NCBI GenBank assembly: GCA_030264375.1
Contig: JASCQW010000109.1
Location: forward strand, 69,513,404-69,577,403
Source: Carcharhinus longimanus
Taxonomy: Eukaryota
Direction: 5' to 3'
DNA length: 64,000 nucleotides
A model generated the notes under the pieces. That model saw only the letters and a program-made list of their open reading frames with translations. It searched no databases and was not told where the DNA came from. Shown piece after piece: positions 1 to 11,521 of the stretch. Made by a program: the position numbers and the translations under genes. Each line of letters opens with the position of its first letter. Position 1 is the stretch's first letter.

Positions 1-77
1 ATTGAATGGCGGGGCAGGCTCGAAGGGCTAGTTGGCCTACTCCTGCTCCTATTTCTTATGTTCCTATGTTCTTATGT
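1..77 (+). mobile_element. CR1-type LINE 3' end with (TTCTTATG)n-like tail
   Basis: ATTGAATGGCGGGGCAGGCTCGAAGGGC...CCTACTCCTGCTCCTATTTCTTATGTTCCTATGTTCTTATG; near-identical reverse copies at 12628-12702 and 60227-60301. Confidence 0.85.
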
Positions 78-1209
78 GAGGGGCGCGGGTGAGCAAACAT
101 GCCAAAGAATTTCCTTGAATGGGATTGCAAAGCAGAACTCAGTTTGAAAGGTCCCAGGGAACGAAGCCCATTGATGTTTCAAGTTGCATCCATTTGCGTT
201 CAGTGATAATGAAGTTAACTTGCCATGCTACATCAACATGGCTGTCTTGATTTACCAGACCATACATCTCTATTTATTTTTCCACTAAAATGTAACAGTT
301 AAAATTGTTATCAGCCGCATTATTATATTGTCAAACTTATTGAGAATGCTTCAGCCAAGGACGTTTAATTAACTGGGAAGGCATTCAATTCTCCGACGAT
401 GAGTTGACTTGAATCTTCCTGTGAGTGAGCAGTTACCGTCCTCGCCTCCTTTCATAGATGCCAATCAAAAGACTGCAAGATCTGGCCGGGGAAAACGACA
501 TGATACATGTAAAGAAATGCCATGAATGACTCAGATTCAGAATTGTGATTTCACATTTCAGCATTTGTCAGTATCAGCTCAGTATATTCTGAAAAAATGT
601 AAGCAGTTTGTTTCTCGGCTGTTGCTTTCACATTAGGAATGTGCAGAATCTATCAATTGCCAGGAAATGCTGCACTGGATTGCTACAACTTGTAACACAT
701 ATGCGTAATGAACTCCTGTCAAGCAAACTGGCCATTAAGTGCTGGGTATCTAGTAGCAAGTAATCCACTGCACAGATGTTTTCCCCATTAATGTTCGTCC
801 TTCGAATTTGAGAGTAGCTCGCAAGGCAATATTAGTTGCCAGGTAAGGCTGTGATCGCTTTCAAACTCTGCAGTCCTCGCAACATTTGCAAGTAAGGACT
901 CATCAGCGAATTCCATTCCTTCTCCTTCTCTATTTCTCAATGGCGGACTTGGTAAAGGAGTCAAGAAAGGAGGACGAACCGCTCCTGCGATTATCGCAAA
1001 ATATCAAGCAAGCGTGAAAATATTTGCATACCAAATTGAATAGTCGGCCTCGTTCAGCAGATCGTTTCATGAGGATTTGGTCAGAAAATCAGCATATTGA
1101 ACATAAAGTACATCAATTGGACATACGCAAAGTAATAGTAATTATACTGAAAGCTAATTAAAAGCACAACGAAGCAAATAATATCAGGAATATCGACCAA
1201 AAAACGAAT

Positions 1210-1400
1210 TAAAGTTGCACAACGATAAATGCACAACGCAGTTCCTCCGGTGCTCAGTAGAGGCACTGTTGCTTTAAGATACTAAGCTTTGATTATTGGC
1301 CGAGTCTCTTTGTGTCCCTGTCTACCAATGAAATGCAGAGATGTGGCCGGTGATCCAACACCACTCCCCATACACCACATACTGCGCCCCATTGTATCAA
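1210..1400 (+). promoter_or_regulatory. cPcdh variable-exon promoter P1 (CSE variant TGTCCCTGTCTACCAAT)
   Basis: GTTGCACAAC 1214-1223, CTCF-like CGCAGTTCC-N5-TGCTCAGTAGAGGCACT 1237-1267, ATTGG 1295, CCAAT 1325; homologous block precedes five other Pcdh units. Confidence 0.85.
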
Positions 1401-1631
1401 TGAACATTCATCTGTCCGTTCTCTATACTCGCATCGGAGAAAGGGAATATAATTCTCAGGGCATTTGTAAATGATCTTGGAAATCGTGACGAAAGAAATC
1501 TAAGTCGTAGAGTTGAATTTTCCATTTCTTTTGGATAAACAAGGTAATGAACAAATACGTTCTCAGTCAACATCAAGGCACGGATAAGTCAAAAGTGATT
1601 CTATCGGTTATATTGCAATACTTTGAGCAGA

Positions 1632-3345
1632 ATGGCATACTGGTTAAACAGTCAATTGTCTCAATGGCCTGTTCTTTATTTGATAATAATATGCATTTCG
1701 GATTCAGCCTGTTTAAAAATTCGCTACTCTATACCGGAAGAATTGGAGATTGGTGCTTTTNNNNNNNNNNNNNNNNNNNNNNNNNNNNNNNNNNNNNNNN
1801 NNNNNNNNNNNNNNNNNNNNNNNNNNNNNNNNNNNNNNNNNNNNNNNNNNNNNNNNNNNNTGGGAATATTGCTACGGACGTGGGATTAGATGTTAAGCAG
1901 CTATCGGAACGCAGATTTCGAATTGAAACTGGAGGCAAAAAACAATATTTAGACGTCAACTTCGACACTGGAGCTCTCATTATTAAAGAAAAAATGGACA
2001 AAGAGCAGCTTTGCGAGCACGGCCTCACATGTGTGCTGACATTACAGGCTGTGATTGAGAAACCTTTAAAGCTATATCGTGTAGAAATTGAGATTCTCGA
2101 TATAAATGACAACTCTCCGGTGTTCAAGACAAGCGAGTTAAATATTGAAATTCCCGAATTGCTGCCAGCAGGAACGAGCTTCCCGCTGCAGAGCGCGATT
2201 GATCCGGACACCGGAACCAACAGTGTCCGCTCCTACCAGTTGAGTTCAAGCGAATATTTCACTTTGAAAGCACAGTCAGAGAGTCAACAAAATTACATCC
2301 CTGAGCTCGTATTGGAACGACCGCTCGATCGAGAGCAGCATCCATCTCATCGGTTAACCCTGACGGCATTTGACGGAGGAACTCCTGAGAAATCTGGAAC
2401 CACCCAGATTAAAATTACTGTGGTTGACGTGAACGACAACGCTCCATCTTGCGAACAAAATATCTATCAAATTACCATTGCCGAAAACATACCCCTAAAT
2501 ACTTTGCTTGTGAAAGTCACTGCGACTGATCAGGACGAAGGTCTAAACGGTGAGATAATGTATGTCTTTAGCGCTCAGACTCCTAAAAACGTGCGTGAAG
2601 CGTTTAGCTTGGATTCAATAACAGGAGAAATCAGAGTAACCGGTGTTGTGGACTTTGAAGAAGCAGAAAATTATCAAATTTCTGTCCAAGCTAAGGACAG
2701 AGGTACACAATCACTGTCAGTATACTGCAAAGTGTTAATAAGTGTTACTGATGTTAATGATAACTATCCAGAAGTAACGATAACTACTGCAGCAAATTCC
2801 ATTCCAGAGGGTGCTGCCAAAGATACAGCAGTAGCCCTTTTTCAAGTTACGGATGTTGATTCTGAGAATAAGGGAAGTAATTATTGTCGAATCACCAGAG
2901 ACATCCCATTTAGTATCCATAGGACTTTTAATAATCACTACACGTTAGTTACTGACGGCGAGTTAGATCGTGAAAAAGAGCCAGAGTACAACATTACAAT
3001 TGTATGTACGGACACGGGTTCCCCTCCACTCTCGGCCAATAAAACGATCCAAGTTCAAGTCTCCGACATAAATGACAATGCGCCAGGATTTACGCAGCCT
3101 TCTTTCACCATGTATGTTACAGAAAATAATGCTATTGGTTATTCAGTTGGTGCTGTGTCAGCATATGATCCCGATTTTAATCAAAATGCTGAATTGTTGT
3201 ATTCTATTTTGGATGTGCTGATACACAGTTTGCCCGCGACAACTCTCGTCTCCATAAACTCAGCCAGCGGTGAGATATTTGCACAACGCTCGTTTGATTT
3301 TGAGCAATTAAAACAATTTCAATTCCATGTACAAGTGAAGGATTG
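1632..3345 (+). CDS. pcdh: Clustered protocadherin variable exon V1 (signal peptide, EC1 to most of EC5; interrupted and truncated by N gaps)
   Basis: MAYWLNSQLSQWPVLYLIIICISDSACLKIRYSIPEELEIGAF, then after the gap GNIATDVGLD...DINDNSP...LDRE...DVNDNAP; close paralog of 16451-18919. Both parts are stop-free; 3' end lost at gap 3346-3445. Confidence 0.9.
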
Positions 3346-3445
3346 NNNNNNNNNNNNNNNNNNNNNNNNNNNNNNNNNNNNNNNNNNNNNNNNNNNNNNN
3401 NNNNNNNNNNNNNNNNNNNNNNNNNNNNNNNNNNNNNNNNNNNNN

Positions 3446-3519
3446 GTCGGCGCAACATCGTGGGCCGAAGGGCCTGTTCTGCGCTGTAATGTTCTATGTT
3501 CTATGTTCTATGTTCTATT
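3446..3519 (+). mobile_element. CR1-type LINE 3' end with (GTTCTAT)n tail
   Basis: CATCGTGGGCCGAAGGGCCTGTTCTGCGCTGTAATGTTCTATGTTCTATGTTCTATG directly after an N gap. Confidence 0.85.
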
Positions 3520-6500
3520 TGACATCGACGTGATGAAGTTTTAAATACCATTCCACAACAACTGACGTTAAAACTGCTCCAGTTTTGGACGAGCAAATTG
3601 CACTCGGATGACTGCGATAAGACACTATTTTTTTCAGGCTTTGCAAGTGGTAAAATTTAGAGGCACAGCTGCACTCGCTAAACTTAACGATTTGAATTCT
3701 CAGGGTTTTTTGTTGCGGTCCATTTCTGAGAAGTGCGTGGTCTGTGATGGGGCTGGATTCACATTGCAATCTTATGCAGGCACTGGCGAAGCTTCTGGTG
3801 AATGTTAGTTTCAATTCTGTAAGTGAAGGTGGATAATCTGCCGCATTTAGAATTTACATCCATTTGCATTAACTACCTTTCATTTCCTGAGGTTCTTTGT
3901 ATTGACGCCATTAGAGTATTGTTCTGGCAGGCTGCCAAATTTTATTGCAAACGAACAGTCAGTTTCTGACGTAGGATCGTTTGATGGCATTGGCTGATGC
4001 GAAACATAATCTGTCACAAAACGCAACGTAACTTCTCACAATGACTTCATTGAGAGAGAACAAAAACACCCAATGGAAGTATTTCGTTATCGCTGGTCAA
4101 TCAGTAAGACATTTTGCAGATTTGACTGAAAAGCATGACATTCACTGGTATTTTCAAAAGATTGTTGAATTGAGAACAAGAGGGATGACCTTTGAAAATG
4201 GGGGAATATGATTGGGAAACGCGGTGAAGCTCGCTCGTTCTGTCAAAACATGACATGTGTATCAAATTTGCTTCCCCCACAAAAATAAAATCAATAAAAG
4301 CAGAAGATTTGAATATATTTCAGCTAAACTAAGATAATAACTTGAAAATCGTGGAGCCCAAAATTTATCGGCAGCGCGTAGTAAATTTGAAATAAAAAAA
4401 AAGTCTTCTAAGCATCGTATCAGCTGCGAATTTAGGATGTCATTCTCCAGACGATTATCACATATGTCAAGAGCACGTTTCTTAAAGTTGAAATCCGGTG
4501 AATATTAATTTAAAGCTTCCTGCAATCTGGTACGTTACCATTTCACTGTATTTCTCACAATCAGCAAACTTACCAGAATAACATGAACACAAACGCCCTC
4601 CAGTACAAATGAAGGATGTTCAGCCACATAGTCTCAGCGCTCCATATATCAAAGCACATTTAAACGGCGTCGCTTTCTTGCATTCTCTATTAGCATGTTC
4701 TGCGTTACATTTCGCAGGCAGGATTTATCTCTCCTTATAATTCAAGGTGATTCGATTACCGACAACATTTGCTGACCAGCATTTTATCAATTGTCCTCAA
4801 CAGATCAATGTACTACTATTGGCAACATGATTTATTTCACCAACTAAAAGCAAAATCCTGTTCTTTACTGACACTTTAAAAATCCACAGTGATTTTATCA
4901 AATTAACTGATCACTAACGAAGCGACTATTAATTGCATCATGTTTTGTTGTTTTCTGAAAGCTTACATCTTCTACAGTTGAACTGACAGTTAGTGAGTTA
5001 ATCAACGAATCTTTGCAACTTAAAAAAAAAGGATGTGGACAGTTCGTAGTTCAACACATCACTGGTGCCTGTCCAGAGTAAAATGACTATTGCAAGAAAA
5101 GGTGGCACTGACTTCGTTATTTTCATTGACTTCCTTCAGTTAACTAGCAGGCGTTTAATTCACTCTCGGTACGATATTAACATTATATGCAGAGATATCT
5201 TACCCTCTGTTACATATTTCTGAAATCTACTTTTTCACCATGTGCTTCTAAACATTCTTGTCCTTGGTGAAATCAGGTGTATTGAATTCATTTTCTTCAA
5301 AACCTGAAAAAAAAATCCCGGACCATCCGATGTGGTTTGGCCAGATATTTGCTCTGTGTATCACGTAGTTCTGTTTCTCCTGTCTGAACTACATCAGTTC
5401 AGCCAGATTTTCAATTATCATTTACATTATGGATTGCAATCTGATTATGCAAGGATGCACAAGGTCGTGTTGCATCATTCGAGTCGTATGGCGTTCGGTC
5501 AACAACGTTCCCTTTTTTGTGTGTTGTAATCGGACGAACTCTTCGCTGAAAACATCCCGTCAATAATTTAGGATTTGCCTGCTAATATTCGTTTTTTCTT
5601 CTTGAGATACATTATTGCACAACTGAAGTTGCAGTAGTTCCCAGGGAATTGATTTTTTTTTCTCTCGAATTTTCGAGGTCTGTTTTCAGTGAGATCGTGA
5701 AGGTATTAAGGGCAACAGGCATTGTGGATGCAGCTGTCTCTGGCGTCACTCCACTGCTGACGGAATGACTCTTGGACATAGATGCAGATATATCAAGATG
5801 AATAAAGGAACATTTCTGCACAGAACACGATGCGATATTTTTTGGGTTCACTTGCAAAGATAGCGGCAGTTCCTGGTCAATTGTATCCTTAAATCCGAAC
5901 ATGATAAGTTCTTGTTTCTATAATGCAAACGATTACCAATTATCTCTCAAAAGACGAAAGCGTATTTAGTCACTTTCCTCAGAAACAGTTACGTTTTTGT
6001 TTATTATTTTCAGAAATATACAGCCAATACCTTAGTTATTCCATTATTTTGGCAAAAAATGACATATTGGTTCAAATGAGATTGATTGAAAATACCGAAA
6101 ATTGTGAGTCCAATGAACAATGTTCCATGAACTTCTCTGCAAACTTTTCTTCCTTATTGATTGAACCTCACGACAGAGAAACAGAAAAAAGGTAAGATTG
6201 ACTTCTATGAGTGAGCATATGGTGTGCCGTTCCAACTATTTCTTGAGCAAAAATACAAAGTCTTACCATCAGAAGATTTGCTCCACTTATTAACTATTGC
6301 TTTTAAAGCTAGTTGTGTTAAATGCTGGCCAGGCAATCTGTATTTCATGTCTTACTTACCTCAAAATGTTGTTTAATGTTTTTTTTCTCCCCTTTTGTAT
6401 ATCTATTGGCATGTCCCTAATGATCGCAGACAATGTAATAACTTCATCTCCTTCCACTTGAATGATTCTATTCGGAGGACATAAGTGCGGTTTCATAAAG

Positions 6501-6579
6501 TAGTCGAATGGCAATGCTAGACTCATTTACAATGACAGAATTGCGTTAGAAAAAATGTGGAAAAAAAGAGGACTTCAAT

Positions 6580-7230
6580 GCGTTTGTCCAAGATGTCTTA
6601 TGGTTGAAGGACATATTGGTCAGATGGTGTAAAGGGCTTATGGGAGACTTGGATTTATCAATCGAGGCATAGATTACAAAAGCTTCAATGTCATGTTGGA
6701 GTTGTACAGTAGCGTGTTAAGGACCACACTAGCGTGTTGTGTATATTTCTGATCACATTATATGAAAATGTGAATTTAATGTAGATTAGCAAGTACAGTG
6801 CTACAATAGAACATTTAATCTTTGAAGAGGTCGCATAGGCCTGCGTCAGAACATTTAAGACGAAGGTGCATTCTGATTGTAGTATACAAATAACGAGACA
6901 CATGGACACATTGGATAAGGAACTGTTATACCCTGCAGTTGAAGACCAGACACAAGCGACAACAGGTTCAAGCTGAGTGGCAGTAGGTTTAGGGGGATGG
7001 AAGCCAATGTTTTATTTTATAAAGACGATGCTGATGGCCCCGAATGCACGGCGTTAAAGTGGTGAAGGGGCGAGTTACCACATATTGTGCAAAGGTAACT
7101 TATTGAACTCTTGAGACGTTATGACACTGGGCCAAATGTTGTTATATGGGATTAATTGGAATGTTATTTGTTTCTCGCGTGCCAACATTACTTGATGGAC
7201 CAAATTGACGCTTCCACACTGCATGACTGG
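6580..7230 (+). mobile_element. Degraded CR1 LINE 3' portion
   Basis: GGATTTATCAATCGAGGCATAGATTACAAAAGC...GTTAAGGACCACACTAG... ending TTGATGGACCAAATTGACGCTTCCACACTG, matching the CR1 RT C-terminus/3'UTR seen elsewhere in the window. Confidence 0.65.
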
Positions 7231-8671
7231 AGATTCAATTCGTTCTCTGCCTCATCTGTAGATGTTTTCAAACTAACATGTTTAGTTATTCGAACCATAA
7301 TAAAACACAAATCTACTGTGGACAATTTAAACACCCATAGTCATTATCGTTAAACTTGTTAGAATTATCCACTCATTTGTTTGGAGGTATATGTTTCATA
7401 TGTGTCAGCATGACGTTTTCAGTCATTCAGGACGAAATGTTGAATTCTCCAAACTCACAAAGCTGTCATTCTGGATGAGGTGCGTTTGAATCATCAGAAG
7501 TGTCGAATTGTTTTGAGAAGTGTTTAGCGGAAGCCAGTAGCTGAAGCTTACCCGAATTTCACCTGAACTTGTTTATCAATAGAAAATCGATGTCGTGTTG
7601 AGTGTTGATTATTCTTCCATTGTGTCGTTCAGTGAATAACGAGAGGCTTTGTCCAATACTGTCCATAAATATTTCATCTGCTGCGTTATTAATCACTTAT
7701 ATTTAAACGCATATTTTTGAATGCAAATTCGTTCAGAAATCTTTCATAAATCTTCAGTTTATGAGATTATTCAGACGTAGTGGTTGATGTTTATTTAACA
7801 TGATGACGAATAGTCATCATGGAAAAAAATAAAAACTTTATCTATAAATTCACATTACATCTTTAGTCTTCTCTTATTTGTGTAAGATCTCGAAGCAAGA
7901 GCGAAAATCGATGGTGAGGAAATATATTTTGTCCACTTCGAGCCTCCCGTCAATGGAATGAAACCCTTGTAACTTGACGTTTAAATATGTAATTCTGTCA
8001 TTGTTACCCTGTGAGTATTTGGATCAGAATAAATCCCACACCATCAGTAATGAACCATATTAAAGGCTAAGGTATGACTTATTACGCAATACAACAAAGT
8101 GAAATGCGTCATGCCGGCCGTCTCAAATAGCATAAATCACATCGGATTGTCAGGATGTTTGCCTGTTAAGATTCGTTAATATTTCCACGAAAGAAGTAGG
8201 ATATTGAATGGTTCGAACAAATCAATGCTATTTAATTTGTGCCACAAATATTTAGGCTGTCGCAGATCCTGCTCGGTTGATTCACTGCAGAAATCCAGAA
8301 AGGTTATTCTGCCTTTCATCATTTACTTAGTCGGAACAAAATGGATCATTTCCATTTTCCTGGAAAATAATTTGATGCGGCCCAACGTTGCTTGCGTTTT
8401 CATGTGGATATTTATCTGACGAAAATTATCACATATTATCAGTTCATATTTAGCAATGTAAACTAAGTTTAAATAAAAACTAAGTTCATTAATTCTCCCC
8501 GCCTATAACCCCTTTATCACTGCAATATTATTTGAAATTCCAGATGAAGAGACCCGCGAGAAAGATTCAGGTAATGCAATTTATGGAGTCAAATCCCAAT
8601 TTTGATTGAGAGATTTCCCACCTTTAGATGTATCACTTCATTTTCAGCAGTTCTCCAGAAATGAACAAATC

Positions 8672-8803
8672 GAGAGAGAGAGAGGAAGAGAGAGAGAGAG
8701 ATTGTGTGTGTGTGTGTGTGTGTGCGTGCGTGTGTGTGTGTGCGTGTGTGCATCGGAGAGAGAGAAAGTTTGTTTGCTTGTGTGTATGTGTGTGCATATA
8801 TGA
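8672..8803. repeat. Compound (GA)n/(GT)n microsatellite
   Basis: Directly visible GAGAGA... followed by TGTGTG... tracts. Confidence 0.95.
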
Positions 8804-11289
8804 GAGTCGAAAAAGAGAGATTTATATGAAGACAGAAGTTGTTTCCTAACCTTAGATAACATCCACAGGCATATTTTGAATGATGGTCAATGTATTACTT
8901 TCGGAAAGTTGTCACATCAAGGGACAACATAGGCTCCCATACACATCAGAGAGGAATATTTCTCTGTCAGATTACCTTAGCGATGTCTTTTGACAATGGG
9001 TGACGTGACGTTCACCTAAAATGAATCACTTCTTACATTGGTTCATCGACCCAATCGAAGTGTTCATCTATGTTTGTGTCGCAGAGCGGAAGTGAAAGCT
9101 TATGTGTCACCCTCTACATTGACCCCACATTGATGATATTGGATTTGCAATTCAAATGTTTCCAGGCAGAAGGTTACTAAAGTGCACGTCAGAGAACTGC
9201 CTAAATTTCATGCTGTTTCTGTGCTGGGATTCCACGGCAAGATAAGAGGCGTCAGTGAGAAGATTTTGCAACCTTTTGATTTAGTCATCATCCACCGAAA
9301 TTCTCATGAGGATCAGGGACATTAGTTTAGAAAGTCACCTTCGACACTATTGAGGGCTGAAAATGCATATAATCACTTAGTTTTGCCACGTCGCCACCGT
9401 TGGTATCCATTTATCTGCGGGTGTGCATGTGCCATTGAATAATTACTCGAGAAGTTCCTTCCGTAATTCAGCTCTGACTAAAATGGACCTGCGTTAGTAT
9501 GTCAATTTCATAAAACGAGGGCACTTTGAGATTACCCTGAGCGTTGTTGGAGCCTGATGGCTGACACCACCGTCTTGCATTGCACTCCCCTCCGAAATTG
9601 TCGGTGTCTCGAACTCTGCTAATACATGTACACAACGCTTTCCCTCGTGCCAGAAGTCCACCGTACATCCAGAATGAACCTGTTTCTACGATAATCTCAG
9701 TTTCCAATGCAGCTAGTATTAACCCTCAACTAGCTAAGGTCTATTGGTGATTCGGTTGAGAACCTCACAGAAGAAGAATTAGATTGCAATAACTATATTG
9801 TGCTTGGGGATGGATTTCACTGCACGTTTGACGCGACACTATCAGTCAGAAACAGAGGCACCACAAGGGAATATAAATGATGAATATCCCTCCTTTGATA
9901 TTGGGGAGCTGGGTGAACCCCATTAAATCAGGCAATCAGTCTCTGTTGACTAATCTGCAGATTCGCAATAGTGTTTCTATTGAGACACAAAGGCAATTCC
10001 CGTTCAGAAGTCAACATTTTCTTTTCCCTTCCCTCATAGAAATAGTTGCTTTGAATAAAGATTTAAAAATTACAGGTGAGAATAAAATAAAACCTCTGCA
10101 ACATGAACAGCTGTTCTAAACTTTACTCCAATTTCGAGAGCTTCAATAATCATTTAGTAAGAGAACGGTGGAATTGTAATTAATCATCTGTTTTTCTACG
10201 CCCTTGTGGAATCAAATTAACTGTTGATTTCTATGTTGACTTCATTTGCCATAAAGCTACTTCTGGAAGAAGACGATTGATTTTAAAACAATAATCAATT
10301 CCAATATTTGTTTCGAGTAAAATTCCGAAAAGTCATAGTTATGTTTCTTAGCAAGGTACATGCTGATGAATTATTCAATTAATTATTATCCCTGTTTGGA
10401 TCAAATTTTGAGCTGCAATTATAATGTTCAACTTCATATGAAGAATTCCATCGGAATAATAATAGCTTCATCAGGACGTGTTGATGGCATGAAAAAAAAA
10501 TGAAGGCTGAATGCGCATAATCTCTGTTTCTGTTGGTTACCTTTATTTTCAGATTATTTTTCTTCGGCTGCATTACGTTTTCAGAAAAAAAAAACAGGAT
10601 AATGCACGGGAAAATAAAAAGGTGGCAATACAACAAGAACAAAAAACACATGCCCCGTGAGGTGCTGTGCAGGGGAAAAACAGAATGAACCGAGATTGTG
10701 AAACTCAGTGTTAAGTCCAGAAGTGTGCGCACTGACCAGTGGAGGGATGAGAGGTTACCTCTTGTTCTTACGCTGAGCCTCACTTGTAGAACGCAAAGAG
10801 GCCACGGAAAATAAGGTCAGAAGGGGAGTTGAGCGCAGCATTAAAATCACCGGTGCCAAGTCTCCCTGTATCTCAGTTCGCCCGCTGTGAAGTGGCGTTT
10901 TGCAAAGTAATTTGCGAAAAGCCACCGGTCTCCCCAAATTTCAGGATACCAAACTGCAATCACGGTTTTGCCCCTGTGACACACTCTCTGTGTACGTCCT
11001 AAATCCAATAACCTTTCTGACAAGTATTGGATCACATAATCCTTCTCGGAGAGCTGCATGGACTGTCTTTCTCCATAAAAGCAGTGTGTGTCTTTGGCTG
11101 ATACAGTAGAATAGCTTTTGAAGCCAAATGGCGTTTGTTGAGTAAAAATATTCGTTTTAATTGGTTTGATGCATTAGTATGTTCAACCAATGGCATTATA
11201 AATAAATATTCATCTATTACACCGTCATAACACTAGGTAACCCACTCCTGTAGCGAGAAATTCAATGTTTTCTTCAAATCACGTCTTGC

Positions 11290-11521
11290 ATTTTATTTTT
11301 TTTTCTCTCGCTTCACAAACATTGATTGCAGGCAACCAGCCATCATCTTGCACCTAAATCTTATTGTTTATTGAGCTGACCATTCTCTATACCCTAGGTA
11401 TGACTGCGAAACTACATTCTTCACTCTCTCGTTTCTTTCTCTATGAATTGTATGCCTTGTCTGTATAGCGCACAAAAAACTATACTTTTCGCTGTCTGCT
11501 AATACATGTGACAATAATAAA
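11290..11521 (+). mobile_element. Rex1/Babar-type LINE 3' end
   Basis: Reverse complement of the 3' ends at 25965 and 34347 (...TTGTCTGTATAGCGCAC...TACATGTGACAATAATAAA). Confidence 0.65.

Noticed and set aside
1289-1474. Similar short ORFs at each promoter (MIIGRVSLCPCLPMKCRD..., and antisense LHLIGRQRHK...)
   Set aside because: Similarity is explained by the conserved promoter DNA; starts, stops and lengths are not conserved.
1547-3544. 665-aa ORF as a single protein
   Set aside because: Artefact of reading through two N gaps: the N-terminus is the wrong frame of the leader and the C-terminus is a CR1 tail.
8606-8862. ORFs with RERE/CVCV/HTHT repeats
   Set aside because: Translations of a microsatellite.
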